Positions 62,352 through 64,000 of a stretch of DNA of 64,000 nt are shown here, one piece after another. This DNA comes from Phycisphaeraceae bacterium (GTDB lineage Bacteria; Planctomycetota; Phycisphaerae; Phycisphaerales; Phycisphaeraceae), in the NCBI GenBank assembly GCA_963674705.1, contig OY771506.1, positions 384,001 to 448,000 on the forward strand, written 5' to 3'. Position 1 is the stretch's first letter; each line of letters starts with the position of its first letter. Below the pieces are notes generated by a model. It was given only the letters and a program-made list of their open reading frames with translations, made no database searches and was not told where the DNA came from. A program made the translations under genes and the position numbers.

Positions 62352-63098
62352 TCATCTCGCCTGCTTCGTCGGACGGAACAGTATCTCGTTCACATCCACA
62401 TCCTCCGGCTGACTGATCGCGAACACGCACGCCCGCGCAAAAGAATCCGCAGGGATCGCGATACTCGCATAAAACGGCTTCATCACATCGGCGATGTCCT
62501 GTTCCTTGATGCTGTCGGGCAGTTCCGACGTCACCGCGCCGGGTGAAATGATCGTCGAGCGGATGTTGTGCGGCGTCATCTCTTCGCGGAAGCCTTCCGA
62601 TATCGCACGCACCGCGTGCTTCGTCGCACAATACACCACCGCATTCGGGAAGACCTTGTGGCCCGCCACCGAAGACACGTTAATCATGTGCCCCGACTGC
62701 TGCTTGATCATGTAAGGCAGCGCCGCCGAGATGCCATAAAGTACGCCCTTGATGTTCACATCGATCATCTGCTCCCACTCATCAACCTTCAGCCGCTCCA
62801 TCGGTGCCTGCGGCATAAGCCCGGCGTTGTTGAGCATCACATCGATCCGCTCGTACCGCTCCACTGCCGCATCCACCAGCGCCTGGACCTGCTCGCGATC
62901 GGTCACATCCGTCTGTAGCGCGATCGCCTCACCGCCCTTACCGGCCAGCTCATCCACCAGCGACTGCAACCGTTCAACGCGCCGCGCCCCCAACACCACC
63001 GTCGCGCCCTGCTCCGACAGCATACGCGCCGCCGCCTCGCCAAGCCCGCTGCTCGCGCCCGTAATCACAATGATTTTGCCTTCGATATTCTCGCTCAT
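62352..63098 (-). CDS. SDR family oxidoreductase
   Basis: [12 protein letters not shown] and YCATK motifs. Confidence 0.93.
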   Translation of the reverse strand: MSENIEGKIIVITGASSGLGEAAARMLSEQGATVVLGARRVERLQSLVDELAGKGGEAIALQTDVTDREQVQALVDAAVERYERIDVMLNNAGLMPQAPMERLKVDEWEQMIDVNIKGVLYGISAALPYMIKQQSGHMINVSSVAGHKVFPNAVVYCATKHAVRAISEGFREEMTPHNIRSTIISPGAVTSELPDSIKEQDIADVMKPFYASIAIPADSFARACVFAISQPEDVDVNEILFRPTKQAR

Positions 63099-63172
63099 GA
63101 TCTGACCTCTCGAATCTTTCGTATCAATCGTAACAGTCTTTCAGTGTTAGAACCATTTGCGTTATTACTGGC

Positions 63173-63254
63173 CGTCATTCCCGCGCACAAGGGAATCCAC
63201 GCGATCAATGAATCCAAAGCACGCGGGTCCCCGCCTGCGCAGCGATGACAGCAA
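63173..63254. repeat. Palindromic element, family D, copy 2
   Basis: Inverted near-copy of 6440-6520. Confidence 0.9.
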
Positions 63255-63436
63255 CCTGTGCGGTTACTATTATTGCATGAATGTCCAGACTGGAAACAGG
63301 ATCACACGCCGCGTTTGGCGCTACGACCTAACTATAAGGCATAAACACGCTTAGACAATGAAACGATTCTCGAAGATGCTTGTATAATCCTCCAAAACAG
63401 ACTGAACAAACGGTCAATCCCCTCACAATACACAAC

Positions 63437-64000
63437 ATGAAGAACACACAGTCACACGCCACCGATAAGCGCATGCAGACTAACCTGCAGGAATTGACCG
63501 ATCGCATCACCCGCACGCTCAAGGAAGATGGCGACCTCGAACCGCAGCCCGGCGTCTTCTTTTACCGCAACTCAAAACCGGGCCGGCCCGTCCACGGCGT
63601 CATCGAGCCTTCACTGTGCGTCATCGCGCAGGGCAGCATAGTCTGCTTGATCGGCGACGACGTCTTCCGCTACGCGCCCGCGCAGTACCTCATCAGCACC
63701 ATGAACCTGCCCCTGGTCGGCGATGTCACCGAAGCATCAACAAAAAACCTTACCTCAGCCTCAGGCTCGCGCTCGACCCAGCGATCGTCACCTCCGTCAT
63801 GGTCGAGTCGGGTAACGTCAACCCCCACAACGAAGGCAAGATCAAGGCCGTCGACGTCAGCCCCATGGATGCGGACCTGCTCGACGCGACGCTGCGCCTC
63901 GTAAGACTCATCGAAACTCCGGACGGCTACCGCATCCTCTCGCCGCTGGTCATCCGTAAAGTTATCTACCGCCTGCTCACCGGCGCGTAAGGCGACCGCC
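63437..64000 (+). pseudogene. AraC-family (YqhC-like) regulator pseudogene, running off the window
   Basis: PSLCVIAQG...VTEAS, then a frame change at the A6 run 63742-63747 to KPYLSLRL, then TAA at 63988-63990 before any HTH domain. Confidence 0.82.

Overview
GC-rich bacterial chromosomal window. Gene content and sequence style suggest Planctomycetota, probably Phycisphaerae (inference, not a database result). The first ~49 kb is mostly housekeeping: ilvB, recJ, SpoIID-like, LOG, rplT/rpmI, dnaN, iscX, RdgC-like, ald, dapA, standalone LarC C-terminus, tilS, pfk, rhomboid, moaA, rsfS, membrane PPase, rpsU, cydAB, murB, mnmA, two sulfotransferases, NUDIX and an RNase HII-like gene. tRNA-Glu(CTC) follows, then an accessory block in which an ECF sigma/anti-sigma pair faces a translationally coupled operon of three exported proteins that all carry CsgG/FlgO-like domains. 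The non-coding DNA is rich in small palindromic elements: two broken REP-associated tyrosine transposases each with its own REP class, several other dispersed palindrome families, nested 9-10-mer inverted-repeat elements and heptamer tandem repeats. Some heptamer repeats sit in frame inside tilS, mnmA and recJ. Other highlights are an unannotated Leu/Ile/Val-rich leader peptide upstream of ilvB with no classical terminator, about ten apparently leaderless genes, and an orphan structured region near 10 kb. No CRISPR array, rRNA or integrase was seen.
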